This document shows, in pieces, positions 39,322-49,451 of a DNA stretch of 64,000 nt. Source of the DNA: Candidatus Pacearchaeota archaeon (lineage in GTDB: Archaea > Nanobdellota > Nanobdellia > Pacearchaeales > GW2011-AR1). The stretch's first letter is position 1. Every line of letters starts with the position of its first letter. Under the pieces are notes generated by a model. The model was not told the DNA's origin and did no database searches. It saw nothing but the letters and a program-made list of their open reading frames with translations. A program made the translations under genes and the position numbers. Where the stretch lies: positions 12,143 to 76,142 of the forward strand of contig JAGVXI010000007.1 of NCBI GenBank assembly GCA_018303855.1. The letters are read 5' to 3'.

Positions 39322-39786
39322 TTACTTACTTTCCTTTATTTCAATTGGCATTAATCCTGTTAAAGTAGATGATGACTGCAGTTTTTCTCCAAGACTATCA
39401 ACTATTTTTATATTAAATCTCTCGCACACTTCTTGTTCAGGAATCCTGTCATGTTTTCTAAAACTGCATGCAAATATATCTGGCTTAACCATCTCAAGGG
39501 TTTTAGAAACAGTCCTATCTTCATCTATAGAAAGAACAACTTCATCAACTAACTTTAAAGCTTTTATAATTTCTATTCTTTCATTTTGAGGCATAAAAGG
39601 TTTTCCTTTTTTTAATTTGGCTTGATTATCATTGTTTATAATAGCTATCAATCTACCATTTTCTCCAACCAGGTTTTTTGCTAATTTAAATAATTGCAAA
39701 TGGCCAATATGCAATGGGTCAAAATATCCAGAGACTGCAACTACAAGATCTTTTTTTGTTTTTTTATTTTCCATCTTATGGCACAC
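39322..39786 (-). CDS. cytidylyltransferase-fold nucleotidyltransferase resembling HldE domain II (heptose-1-phosphate adenylyltransferase)
   Basis: 'VAVSGYFDPLHIGHLQLF' carries the (H/T)xGH motif, and 'LIAIINNDNQ...KGKPFMPQNERIEIIKALKLVDEVV' follows. Confidence 0.55.
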   Translation of the reverse strand: MCHKMENKKTKKDLVVAVSGYFDPLHIGHLQLFKLAKNLVGENGRLIAIINNDNQAKLKKGKPFMPQNERIEIIKALKLVDEVVLSIDEDRTVSKTLEMVKPDIFACSFRKHDRIPEQEVCERFNIKIVDSLGEKLQSSSTLTGLMPIEIKESK

Positions 39787-39794
39787 AATTTTGA

Positions 39795-40718
39795 CTAAAT
39801 AAATTTTTCTAAATTTATTTCCTCTTTTCTAAAAAGTATTTTATCCATTTCTTTTATGCAGTCTTCATGAGTAATTTTGTCAAATTCTTCTTTGGATTTA
39901 ACAGGAATATGCCCTGCAACATCTCCGCTCCCTTTACATCTCTGCAGATATTCTTTTCCTATAGTAATCAAAATGCCATCATAACCCTGAGATATTGTAT
40001 GGGGTACTCCTCTGTTTTTATACTTATCTCCTAATTCCTTTTGGACATTTGATAAAAATGAAACAACTCCTTTAACATCTTCTTTATGAAAAACAAGATG
40101 AGAGAATGGAAAAGAAGGCATTACAGATATATCTTTTGTTTTTTTGCAGGAAATTTTCTCTGCAGCATCAAATCCATATGTTTTTCCTAGTATATCATAC
40201 CCATTTCTGAATGTTGTTAAATGCCAGTGTTCATGAGCTGGGATGGTTGCTCCAAAACCAGGGCTATTATGAAAAATTTCAAAACCTGTTTTATCTGAAA
40301 AATTTACAAAATAATTAAGTTCACTTTCAAGATTATCTATTTTCTGGGTTGTATACATTGGACGTTCTTTTTCAGTAATAGCCAAAGAAAAACCTTCTAT
40401 AATAGGGAATTTATTTATTGTGAATATATAATCTAAAACCTTTTCTTCAGTAATAAGGTTCATTAGTTGGTTATTTTTTGCTGATAAAGATGCATTGCAT
40501 AAACTGCAGTTTGAAGATTCTTTTATATTTTCCTGGCTGGTGGGTCTATTAAAACGATTTTCATTATGTATTATGCCAAAAACATATCCTGGGTTAGCAT
40601 TGCTTTCAACAATCCTAATATTTGGCTTGTAGGCATCTTTTGGGATGCCTTCTACTTCTGCAGCTTTGTGCCATCTTTCTAATACCTTTTGTCTAAGTGT
40701 TGAAAATTTTTCTGACAT
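39795..40718 (-). CDS. putative GalT-like HIT-superfamily nucleotidyltransferase/phosphorylase (tentative)
   Basis: 'CSLC' (CxxC) sits upstream of 'PAHEHWH' (HxHxH-like), as in the GalT/Ap4A-phosphorylase branch of HIT. There is no other support. Confidence 0.3.
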   Translation of the reverse strand: MSEKFSTLRQKVLERWHKAAEVEGIPKDAYKPNIRIVESNANPGYVFGIIHNENRFNRPTSQENIKESSNCSLCNASLSAKNNQLMNLITEEKVLDYIFTINKFPIIEGFSLAITEKERPMYTTQKIDNLESELNYFVNFSDKTGFEIFHNSPGFGATIPAHEHWHLTTFRNGYDILGKTYGFDAAEKISCKKTKDISVMPSFPFSHLVFHKEDVKGVVSFLSNVQKELGDKYKNRGVPHTISQGYDGILITIGKEYLQRCKGSGDVAGHIPVKSKEEFDKITHEDCIKEMDKILFRKEEINLEKFI

Positions 40719-40825
40719 GAATAAGCTTACTATAACGACTTTTTAAACATTTATCTATTCAAAGATAATTATTATAACAATTAAAGAACAATTAAATTTA
40801 TAAGGGGTTTAACAAAACTAATATC

Positions 40826-41296
40826 ATGCAAAACATTACAGAAATTTCAGGCATTGTAGACAGAGGTTTAAGGCATTCTTCTGGATATGATGAAAATGGA
40901 AAAGCATTCAGATTTTATGGGAGTAATGTTGGCTCAATCAAAAGCCAAAGATCTTTTTTTGAGAAGATCATACCTGAATTCTCAGAAATATATAACGGGA
41001 GTATTAATGTAAGCATTCATCCAAAAAGATTTGATATTGTTGAATTTGATTATGAAATAAATTGTAAATGGGATCCAAATCGTCGTGCAGAGAATTTTTG
41101 GTTTGTTAATACTGCCATAATTCATAAAAACAACAGCTATAAAGGATATGTGTATTACCCTTGTCCTTCAGAATGGAAAAAGCGGAAAGAAAATAATACA
41201 TTTGAGATTCTTGCTACTTTTATTTCCAATATAAAGTATGGAGACCACCTATCATTAATATTTAATTCTAGAAAGATTAAAATAAGCCAAATTTAA
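40826..41296 (+). CDS. hypothetical protein (156 aa)
   Basis: ORF only. Confidence 0.35.
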   Translation: MQNITEISGIVDRGLRHSSGYDENGKAFRFYGSNVGSIKSQRSFFEKIIPEFSEIYNGSINVSIHPKRFDIVEFDYEINCKWDPNRRAENFWFVNTAIIHKNNSYKGYVYYPCPSEWKKRKENNTFEILATFISNIKYGDHLSLIFNSRKIKISQI

Positions 41297-41880
41297 TTAG
41301 CATTTATAATCTCAGCTGCTTCAAAAAGATCTTTGGCATAAAAATCTGGTTTTGTATTTTCGTTAAGGTTTATATTTGAAATAATAATCTCTTTATTTTT
41401 GGGAGATTTTATCATTATTGTTTTACATCCTGCATTTTTTCCTGTTGCAATATCACTAATCACATCTCCAATCATCCAGCTTTCCCTGAGATTTATATTA
41501 AAATCTTTTGAAGCCTGTAGAAGCATGCCAGGAGCAGGTTTTCTGCAATTGCAAGATACTCTGTATTTTAGTGCATATTCTGGAACATCTGAATGCATTT
41601 CAGGATGATGAGGGCAAAAATAAAATTTATCTATTAGATTATTTAAGTTTTCATTCAAATACTCATGAAGTGATTCTAACTCAAGTTCAGAAATAAGCCC
41701 TCTAGCTATTGTTGGCTGGTTCGTCACAACAATTGAAAGATAACCCTTATCTTTTAATAATTTTAAAGCCTCAACCACTCCTGGAAGAATGGTAATATCT
41801 TCTTTTTTATAATTATACCCTCCGCCAACTTTTTCTTTATTTATTACTCCATCCCTATCTAAAAAAACAGCTTTGTTCAT
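41293..41880 (-). CDS. gmhB: D,D-heptose 1,7-bisphosphate phosphatase (HAD, GmhB/histidinol-phosphatase-like)
   Basis: 'AVFLDRDGVIN' (motif I), 'FCPHHPE' and 'CNCRKPAPGM' (the Zn-binding and RKP-PGM signature of GmhB), and 'MIGD'. Confidence 0.7.
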   Translation of the reverse strand: MNKAVFLDRDGVINKEKVGGGYNYKKEDITILPGVVEALKLLKDKGYLSIVVTNQPTIARGLISELELESLHEYLNENLNNLIDKFYFCPHHPEMHSDVPEYALKYRVSCNCRKPAPGMLLQASKDFNINLRESWMIGDVISDIATGKNAGCKTIMIKSPKNKEIIISNINLNENTKPDFYAKDLFEAAEIINAN

Positions 41881-41934
41881 GATTGAAGTTAATATTATGA
41901 ATTTAAAAATGCTATGTTTTCTTTTTTATTCCTT

Positions 41935-42837
41935 TCATACAATCCCTTTCGTACTCTTCGTCGCATGCCAGGCATCTTTATGATACTTCTTTAATATTTT
42001 TAACTGATAATACACCAAAAGCCAGACATATAATTTAGCGGGAAAAAGCAAAAAAGTCCATATAATCTCTTTTATTGTTTTGGGATAAAAAAAAGCTCTG
42101 TAACTTTCAAAAAGTTCATTCTTAAAAGTTTTTGTTTTTGGGTATTTTCTTAAGTTGATGTATTTAGACAACTGAATATGGGCTTTTGTTGTTCTTTTTT
42201 TCTGGTCAACAAAATCTCTAAAGTTTTTTGGATAAGAAACATAAACTATTGCTTTTGGCACATAAGCCATTTTATATCCTTTTTTCATGAAATAATAAGG
42301 GATTATTGCATCTTCAGGTATATCTAATGGAAAATTCTTAACAATGTTATTTCTAAAAGCCCATAAATATCCAGAACATTCAAGAAATTGTCCTTTTTTA
42401 GCTCTTTTAAGCCTTGCTTGATGAGCACCCGCGTCACAAAGCAAATGGCTCCAATACCCAAGCATTTTATTTTTTGAATCTATGGAAACCGGCCTGCCTG
42501 TAACACATCCAACTTTTGGATTTTTGAAAGGCATTAAAATATATTTTAGTGCATTATCTCCAATATGAACATCCCCGTCAGATAAAACAAGGATCTCGCC
42601 TTTAACTTTTTTAAATAACAGGTTAAGTGCAAACATTTTTCCCTTGCCGGGATCTTTGAAAAGTTTAACATCCTTATTGTTTTTTTGATATTTTTTAACA
42701 ACTTCCTGAGTTTCTCTATCGGGAGAGGAAACTATTAGCTCAAATTTTTTTCTTTTTAGATCTTGCTGTAAAAAACCTTCAATAGCTCTGCCTATTGTTT
42801 TTGGCTCTTTAAAAGAAGTTATAATGACTGAAATCAT
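41935..42837 (-). CDS. GT2 glycosyltransferase
   Basis: 'ISVIITSFKEPKTI' and 'VLSDGD'. Confidence 0.65.
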   Translation of the reverse strand: MISVIITSFKEPKTIGRAIEGFLQQDLKRKKFELIVSSPDRETQEVVKKYQKNNKDVKLFKDPGKGKMFALNLLFKKVKGEILVLSDGDVHIGDNALKYILMPFKNPKVGCVTGRPVSIDSKNKMLGYWSHLLCDAGAHQARLKRAKKGQFLECSGYLWAFRNNIVKNFPLDIPEDAIIPYYFMKKGYKMAYVPKAIVYVSYPKNFRDFVDQKKRTTKAHIQLSKYINLRKYPKTKTFKNELFESYRAFFYPKTIKEIIWTFLLFPAKLYVWLLVYYQLKILKKYHKDAWHATKSTKGIV

Positions 42838-43131
42838 AAAATTCTTCCTATAATAATATTTTTAAGAATTATGTAGGAGAAATGTATATGTTTGGGGGTT
42901 AGTTTTACTGAAAAAGATTAACAGATAATTTTTGATATTTGTAGAATAAATTATGAGTTACACTAAAAATTTTATTAAGATTTCATACCCTTTTATCAGA
43001 GAATGTTCATAATTATGGATTAACGATATAAATATAATTAATTATCATTATACAACCTATATAAAAATCCTTAATAAACTATTTAAACAGAAGATAAAAT
43101 TGTTTTATATAAATAACTTTACAAAGATAAA

Positions 43132-43575
43132 ATGAGGTATCCATTAGATGAACTTTTAGACAAGAGGTCAATTATTCTGCTAAAGATTGATAAAATTAAA
43201 GATGAGGAGCTTAAAGAAAGGTTATGGAAAGAGTTCAGTGATTATACTATTGCTATATGGGAATATATAAAAGAGGGATTTTGTAAAATCGAACAAATTG
43301 AGGAATGGCATAAAGAACTTTATGAAGCAAATGGAAAAATATGGGAGCTTGAAACTGATCTTAGAAAAGGAAAGGAAATGGAGCTTGGATTTGAAGAAAT
43401 TGGCAAAAGAGCAATACAGATAAGGAATTTTAATGGTATAAGAGTAGCTATAAAAAGCAAGGTTGCAGAAATAACAGGAGCTGGCTATAAAAACATAAAG
43501 GTGGACCATGTGTCAGCTGAATCCTATAAAGATTACGAGAAAAATGCTAAAGTTGGCCAGTCTTATAGGATATAA
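43132..43575 (+). CDS. hypothetical protein (147 aa)
   Basis: ORF only. Confidence 0.35.
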   Translation: MRYPLDELLDKRSIILLKIDKIKDEELKERLWKEFSDYTIAIWEYIKEGFCKIEQIEEWHKELYEANGKIWELETDLRKGKEMELGFEEIGKRAIQIRNFNGIRVAIKSKVAEITGAGYKNIKVDHVSAESYKDYEKNAKVGQSYRI

Positions 43576-43617
43576 GTGTCAAATTTTACACTAATTATTC
43601 TTCCTGCTTTTTGATTT

Positions 43618-44796
43618 TCATTTTTTCATTAATAACTTTTTATATTCCTCCATATATTTCTTATAAATATCATCCCAATCATAACTTTTGGATTTTTTAA
43701 TATTGGTTAACGAAATCTTTTTAGCTAATTTCTCATCATCAATTATTTTTAATATATTTTCTTCCAAACTTTTTATATTCCCGTAGTTTACAAAAAAACC
43801 ATTTTCTGGCTCTTTCATTTCATAAGGAACACCGTTAACAGGACTTGCAATAATCGGCAATCCAGATGCCATGGCTTCAAATAAAGTTAAAGGCAACCCT
43901 TCTCTGTAACTTGGCAAAACATAAACATCTGCTGCTTGGTACATTTCTGCAACTTTTTCTTTTCCATAAATTGGGCCAAGGTAATGCATGTTTTTATAGC
44001 CTTTAATTAATTTTTTAACCTCTTTTGCTTTTCCTTCATCTGGACCAACCCAAACAAAAGCTATGTTTTTTGCCTTACCGGATTTAGTTAAGTTTATTGC
44101 AGATCTTGCAAACACCTCAGGACCTTTTGTGGGATTTAGTCTGCCAAAAAATAAAACCATGTTTTTTTCTTTGATTTTATGCCTTTTTTTAAACTGGTTA
44201 TTTTTAATTTTTTTGTATAAGATACTATCCATACCATTTGGAATCACCTTAATTTTATTTTCATCTGTAAATTTTTTTAATATATCTAATTCCCAGGGAG
44301 TTATGGCTATTACTTTATTAATCAAACTAAAAGCAATTTTATTCATAAAAAGATTATTTAAGAAAATAAATGGCTTTAGAATTCGTGGTCTAAATTCTGT
44401 GCCTGTCCATGGGCAATGAGTTGTATGAATGTGCTTAAACCCATATACTTTTGATAAAATTCCCGCAATAAGTATATAAGCATGCCCAGAAACATGCGTA
44501 TGAATTATATCAAACTTTCCATATTTCCCAAATCTCCAAAGCAAAGATGGCCAGATAAAAGTGCTTAATGAGAGCCTAAACCAATAAGGAAACCTATGGA
44601 CATGAATGCTGTCAAGAACTTCTTCTTTAATTTTAAGCCTTTGATTTTTATCTGAATCACAGCAAAAAACATGAACTTCATGCCCTTGCTTAACTTGTCT
44701 TTGAGCAAGTTCATACATTACTTGCTCAACACCCCCAAAAGTTGGCAAATAGAACATATTAATGTGGGCAATTCTCAACTTCTTCATAAAAACCAA
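43618..44796 (-). CDS. GT4 (GT-B) glycosyltransferase
   Basis: C-terminal 'SYREGLPLTLFEAMASGLPIIAS' gives the EX7E motif. Confidence 0.75.
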   Translation of the reverse strand: MVFMKKLRIAHINMFYLPTFGGVEQVMYELAQRQVKQGHEVHVFCCDSDKNQRLKIKEEVLDSIHVHRFPYWFRLSLSTFIWPSLLWRFGKYGKFDIIHTHVSGHAYILIAGILSKVYGFKHIHTTHCPWTGTEFRPRILKPFIFLNNLFMNKIAFSLINKVIAITPWELDILKKFTDENKIKVIPNGMDSILYKKIKNNQFKKRHKIKEKNMVLFFGRLNPTKGPEVFARSAINLTKSGKAKNIAFVWVGPDEGKAKEVKKLIKGYKNMHYLGPIYGKEKVAEMYQAADVYVLPSYREGLPLTLFEAMASGLPIIASPVNGVPYEMKEPENGFFVNYGNIKSLEENILKIIDDEKLAKKISLTNIKKSKSYDWDDIYKKYMEEYKKLLMKK

Positions 44797-44918
44797 AACA
44801 AGAATTTGTTTATAACATTATATGTATCTTTAGTATATATCTTATCTCAATCATCTTTAAAAAAAGTGCAGGTTTTCGGATATTTAATAAAAATGGGGCA
44901 AATAAAAATAAGAGGAAA

Positions 44919-47669
44919 ATGAAGGCAGTGATACTTGCTGGAGGAAGAGGTAAAAGAACAGGGCAATATGGAGAAGAAAAACCAAAATGTCTTTTTGAGT
45001 TTAATAGGAAAACGATTCTTGCACATCAGCTTGAAGCATTAATAGCAAATGGCATAAAGGATATTATTATTATTACAGGATATAAAGAATTTATGATTAA
45101 AGATTTTATAAAAAACAACCACCAATTCAGCAACTTGAATATTCAGTATATAAATAATCCATATTATGAGACAACAAATACCTCATATGGGTGGTGGCTT
45201 TGCAGAGAATATGTTAAAAATGAAGAAGCTATACTACATTTTAATTCTGATTTGATTTTTTTTCCAGAACTTATTAAAAGGGTTATTGAAGATGATCACA
45301 AGAACATTTTATGTATTGACAGAAAGGTAGAGTTCAACGATAGCATGGAACAGGTTATTTTAAATGAAAAAACAGGACAAATTCTTCATATGGATAAAGC
45401 AAATATTCCTGGAGCTCATGGCAAAGGAGTGGGAGTTGCAAAATTCTCAAATGAAACAATTAATTTTATACTAAACAAGCTTGATGAGTTTATTATTGGT
45501 AAAGGAGATAGAGGGCAGAATTTTTATAAAATGATTAGGATAGCTGTAAAATACCTTGACTTTTATGGTTTGGATATAGGTGAATCTTTTTTTAGAGAAG
45601 TTAACACAGTTGGAGACTATGATATTACCAAGAGAGAATATGCTAAGCTAATACTAAAAGAATTACCTAAAAAAAGTATAAAAACAATTATCTTGGCAGG
45701 TGGGAAAGGGGACAGGTTAAAGCATTTTGTTGAAAATGTGCCAACAGCGCTCTTAAGTGTCGAAAACAAACCATTGCTTGCTTATCAGCTTGAGGCATTA
45801 ATGGCAAATGGCATTAATGATATTATTGTAATTATTGGATATAAAGGATTTATGATTAAGGAGTTTATAAAAGAACATCCAAAATTTAAAAATTTAAATA
45901 TAACTTATGTTGAAAACGATGAGTACAATACCACTGGCACAGCTTATGGATGGTGGTTAGCCAAGAGCCATATGAAAAATGAGCAATCAGTTTTACACAT
46001 TCATTCAGACTTAATTTTCTCTGAAGATTTAATAAAAAATATTATTGAGGATAAGAGAAAAAATGTTATTTGCATTGATAAAAAAATAGGGCTGAATGAA
46101 AGCATGGAGCAGGTTATTTTGGATTTGAGAGATGACAAAATGCTGTATATGGATAAAAGAAATGTGCCTGGAGCACATGGCAAGGCTGTTGGAATTGCTA
46201 AGTTTTCAAATGAAGCTGTTGAATATATGTTAAATAGAATACAGGCATATGTTGATTTAGGAGACAAAAACCAGGCATTTTATGGCATAATAAGAAAAAC
46301 AATCCATGAACACGATTTTTATGGCTTGAATATAGAGAATTCTTTTTTTAGAGAGGTAAATACAGTAGAAGACTACCAAAAAACATTACAGCTGCAACAA
46401 GCACAGGAAAAACCCCCTGTGCCAGAGAAAACATCTGTTATAATGCTTTATGGATTGCCTGTAAGCGGTAAAACCACTGCCTCAAGAAAGATAAGAGATT
46501 ATTTTGAAAAAGACATTAATATAGAGGTTATATCAACTTTTAAAATCAGGGAAGAAAAAAACCTTATTAATCTTTATTCTGAAGAGCAAAGAGAAAGGGT
46601 TTATGATGAAATTTGCAAAGTCCTTGAGGAAAAACTGCAAAAGAATATCTATAAATGCATTATTCTTGACGGAAATTTCAATAAAAAGGAAAGAAGACAA
46701 AAAGTGTATAATGTTTTAAAAAGATATAATTGCGATTTTTACATTATTGAGTGCTTTATTGAAAACACAAATGAAATTAAAAAAAGGCTTTCAGAAAGAA
46801 AAGGAGATTTTGGGGTTGAAAATGCGGCAACAAGTTTTGAACTTTATAGTATGATTAAAAATGAGGGGCATCTGCTCTCTGAAGACGAGTTTATTAACCC
46901 TATTCCGATTATCATTTCTTTTAATACAGAAACCAACTCTGTTCAATTAAAACCGCAGCAGTATCTTGTAAGGGGGATAATTGAGGCTTTGAAAGAGCCA
47001 AAGCCTGTTTTAAGCAATATAACAGAGATTATTTTTGTGAGGCATGGGGAAACACAAAACAATAAGGAAGGAATTTTACAGGGACATTCAGATATTCCAT
47101 TAAATGAGCAGGGATTCAAAGAGGCAGAAGAACTGGCATTATTCTTAAAAGATATTAAAACAGATTTAATAATTTCAAGTGATCTACCAAGAGCAATGCA
47201 GTGTGCTAAAAGAATTGCTTGGGGGAACCCCCATTTAGCAATAATTGAGGAGCCATTGCTAAGAGAAAAATATTTTGGAAAACACCAAGGAGTTAGTGTT
47301 TTAGAATTAGGCTATCCAAGTATTGATTATTATAATTTAACAAAACATCTTTATGAATGCAATTGTCCTGACGGAGAGAGTAATGAGCAATTGTCAGAAA
47401 GAATAAAACAATTCCTTAAAAAATTAGTAAAAGAACATAGCGGCAAACGTATGCTGGTGATTACACACGGAGGGTTTATCATGCTAGCAATAAATCATCT
47501 TCTAAAAGAAGAAATTAAGCTTGAAAATGCAAGACAGCATAAAAACGGGTATGTTTCTTATTTTAAACTTGATAATAACTTAAATGTTATTGATTCACTA
47601 ATTGATGTTCATGCTTCTAAAGTTGCGGGATATTTGAAAATAAATAATAATGAAGATAGGATTAATTAG
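44919..47669 (+). CDS. four-domain fusion: tandem LicC/PntC-like sugar/alcohol-phosphate cytidylyltransferase domains (aa 1-245 and 250-495), a P-loop kinase (about aa 500-690) and a histidine phosphatase/PGM-family domain (about aa 700-916)
   Basis: 'MKAVILAGGRGKR' and 'IKTIILAGGKGDRL' each start a LicC-like domain ('IIITGYK', 'YGWWL', 'HFNSDLIF', 'REVNTVGDY'). 'LYGLPVSGKTT' is a Walker A motif. 'IIFVRHGETQNN...SSDLPRAMQ' is the RHG phosphatase signature. Confidence 0.6.
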   Translation: MKAVILAGGRGKRTGQYGEEKPKCLFEFNRKTILAHQLEALIANGIKDIIIITGYKEFMIKDFIKNNHQFSNLNIQYINNPYYETTNTSYGWWLCREYVKNEEAILHFNSDLIFFPELIKRVIEDDHKNILCIDRKVEFNDSMEQVILNEKTGQILHMDKANIPGAHGKGVGVAKFSNETINFILNKLDEFIIGKGDRGQNFYKMIRIAVKYLDFYGLDIGESFFREVNTVGDYDITKREYAKLILKELPKKSIKTIILAGGKGDRLKHFVENVPTALLSVENKPLLAYQLEALMANGINDIIVIIGYKGFMIKEFIKEHPKFKNLNITYVENDEYNTTGTAYGWWLAKSHMKNEQSVLHIHSDLIFSEDLIKNIIEDKRKNVICIDKKIGLNESMEQVILDLRDDKMLYMDKRNVPGAHGKAVGIAKFSNEAVEYMLNRIQAYVDLGDKNQAFYGIIRKTIHEHDFYGLNIENSFFREVNTVEDYQKTLQLQQAQEKPPVPEKTSVIMLYGLPVSGKTTASRKIRDYFEKDINIEVISTFKIREEKNLINLYSEEQRERVYDEICKVLEEKLQKNIYKCIILDGNFNKKERRQKVYNVLKRYNCDFYIIECFIENTNEIKKRLSERKGDFGVENAATSFELYSMIKNEGHLLSEDEFINPIPIIISFNTETNSVQLKPQQYLVRGIIEALKEPKPVLSNITEIIFVRHGETQNNKEGILQGHSDIPLNEQGFKEAEELALFLKDIKTDLIISSDLPRAMQCAKRIAWGNPHLAIIEEPLLREKYFGKHQGVSVLELGYPSIDYYNLTKHLYECNCPDGESNEQLSERIKQFLKKLVKEHSGKRMLVITHGGFIMLAINHLLKEEIKLENARQHKNGYVSYFKLDNNLNVIDSLIDVHASKVAGYLKINNNEDRIN

Positions 47670-47775
47670 TGTGAAAAATAAGTTAACTGATTATAAATAT
47701 TAGTTATGCCTAATAATTATTAACAATTTTTATTATTCATTAATTAAAACCTCATTAACAAATGTGTATCAAACC

Positions 47776-48408
47776 TCACAAATTCAAAATCTCCCTCAAA
47801 TCCCTAATTTTCCTTCCTTGATAATCTGGGTGCTTGTTTTTTGAATCAAAAAGAACAGCATTACTTCTTGTTATTTGAGCTCCGCGAATATCAGATATGA
47901 GATTATCCCCCACCATTATTGTGTTTTCAGGAGAAGAGCCGATTTTTTTAAAACAAAGTTCAAAGATTTCTTTTTGAGGTTTCTTTAATCCGACTTTGTG
48001 AGAAAGAACAATTACATCAACATATTCTCTAAACCCTTTTTCAATAATAACTTTATCAACAAAGTTATTATTATCAGATAAAATAGCAATTTTGGAGCCT
48101 TTTTTTCTTAATTCATTCAGCACTTCTATAGCATGTGGCAAGATTTCTGTTTTGCTTAGTATATTATCTAATTTTGAAAAAAATTCTCTTTTTTGTTCTT
48201 CTGTAAAAGATAATCTAAGATGATTTAAGAGAGCATTAAGAGCAGCCTCTCTTGAACCAAAATCTCTCACATCTAAGAAGTATCTAATGTCTGTAAAATA
48301 ATCTTCTGCATTTTTTCCAAAACTTTTGCTCATAAGTTCAACATAAGCAGACATGTCAAAACTAACTAAAGTTTCAAAAAAATCAAAAATATAATTCATT
48401 TTTGCCAA
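47776..48408 (-). CDS. HAD-like hydrolase (non-canonical motif I)
   Basis: 'YIFDFFETLV' at the N-terminus; 'LSDNNN' and 'MVGDNLISDIRGA' at the C-terminus. Confidence 0.5.
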   Translation of the reverse strand: MAKMNYIFDFFETLVSFDMSAYVELMSKSFGKNAEDYFTDIRYFLDVRDFGSREAALNALLNHLRLSFTEEQKREFFSKLDNILSKTEILPHAIEVLNELRKKGSKIAILSDNNNFVDKVIIEKGFREYVDVIVLSHKVGLKKPQKEIFELCFKKIGSSPENTIMVGDNLISDIRGAQITRSNAVLFDSKNKHPDYQGRKIRDLREILNL

Positions 48409-49448
48409 AATTTTTTTGTTAAATTAATCCTTTTACCATTTGATTCTGCAGACTTATAAAATCCAAAGATTACCTTCATAGCAGGAATAGAATCCTTCCC
48501 TTCTATTAATGGTTCCCTACCTTTCATAACTGAATCGACAAAATCATTTATTATTATTTCATGACATGGTCCATAATAAGCTGGTCTGTATTTTAAAGGG
48601 ATTGCATTTAAATTTGCGTCTAAAGGAGCAGGCATATTTGGAACACTCCATACAGGAGTTAAATCATCAGATAAAACAATTTTTCCATTTTCTCCTGAAA
48701 TGCTGATAATTGAAAGAGTTTCTTGATTATTAGGACCAAGAGAAGAATTATTAGCTTCTAAATTAGCTACAAAGCCATTTCTAAAATAAATTTTTCCTTT
48801 TGCATAATCTTCTATCTCTAAATAATCTCTAGTTGTCTTGGTAACTCCTTCAACGGCAATAGGCTCGCCAAAAATAAAGACAATTTGATCAATTCTGTGT
48901 AAAGTTTGGCTCATTAAAACCCCGCCTCCTGTTTTTTTTGCTGCTCTCCAACCATTATAAAATTCTTTTTTCTTATAACAGCTAAAATCTAACTCCACAT
49001 TGCGAATTTTTCCAAGAAGCCCTTCTTTAACAGCTTCCCTTGCAGCTATTGTATTAGGATAAAGTCTTCTTTGAAGCATTGTTGAAAATTTAACCCCTTC
49101 TTTATCACACGTGTCTATCATATCCTCAATATCTGACATTTTTGAGGCCAGAGGCTTCTCGCATAAAACATCAAGTCCATTTTTAGCAAAGAAAATTGTT
49201 TGTTCAGGATGCTCATAGTGGGGTGTTAAAATAAAAACTGCATCCAGATTGTCTTTCAAAACATCTTTGTAATCTGTATATACCTCATTTATATTAAATT
49301 CTTTTGCCTGTTTTTCAGCTTTTTCAGGATTAATATCCGCAACAGAAACAACTTCTGCATCAGGACTTTTACTTAAAGTGTAAAGATATGTGGGGGAAAC
49401 ATTTCCACATCCTATAACAGCAGATTTTACGAGCCTCGATTTTTTCAT
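48396..49448 (-). CDS. Gfo/Idh/MocA-family NAD(P)-dependent oxidoreductase
   Basis: 'KSAVIGCGNVS' and 'GLDVLCEKPLA'. Confidence 0.75.
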   Translation of the reverse strand: MKKSRLVKSAVIGCGNVSPTYLYTLSKSPDAEVVSVADINPEKAEKQAKEFNINEVYTDYKDVLKDNLDAVFILTPHYEHPEQTIFFAKNGLDVLCEKPLASKMSDIEDMIDTCDKEGVKFSTMLQRRLYPNTIAAREAVKEGLLGKIRNVELDFSCYKKKEFYNGWRAAKKTGGGVLMSQTLHRIDQIVFIFGEPIAVEGVTKTTRDYLEIEDYAKGKIYFRNGFVANLEANNSSLGPNNQETLSIISISGENGKIVLSDDLTPVWSVPNMPAPLDANLNAIPLKYRPAYYGPCHEIIINDFVDSVMKGREPLIEGKDSIPAMKVIFGFYKSAESNGKRINLTKKFWQK

Positions 49449-49451
49449 TTA

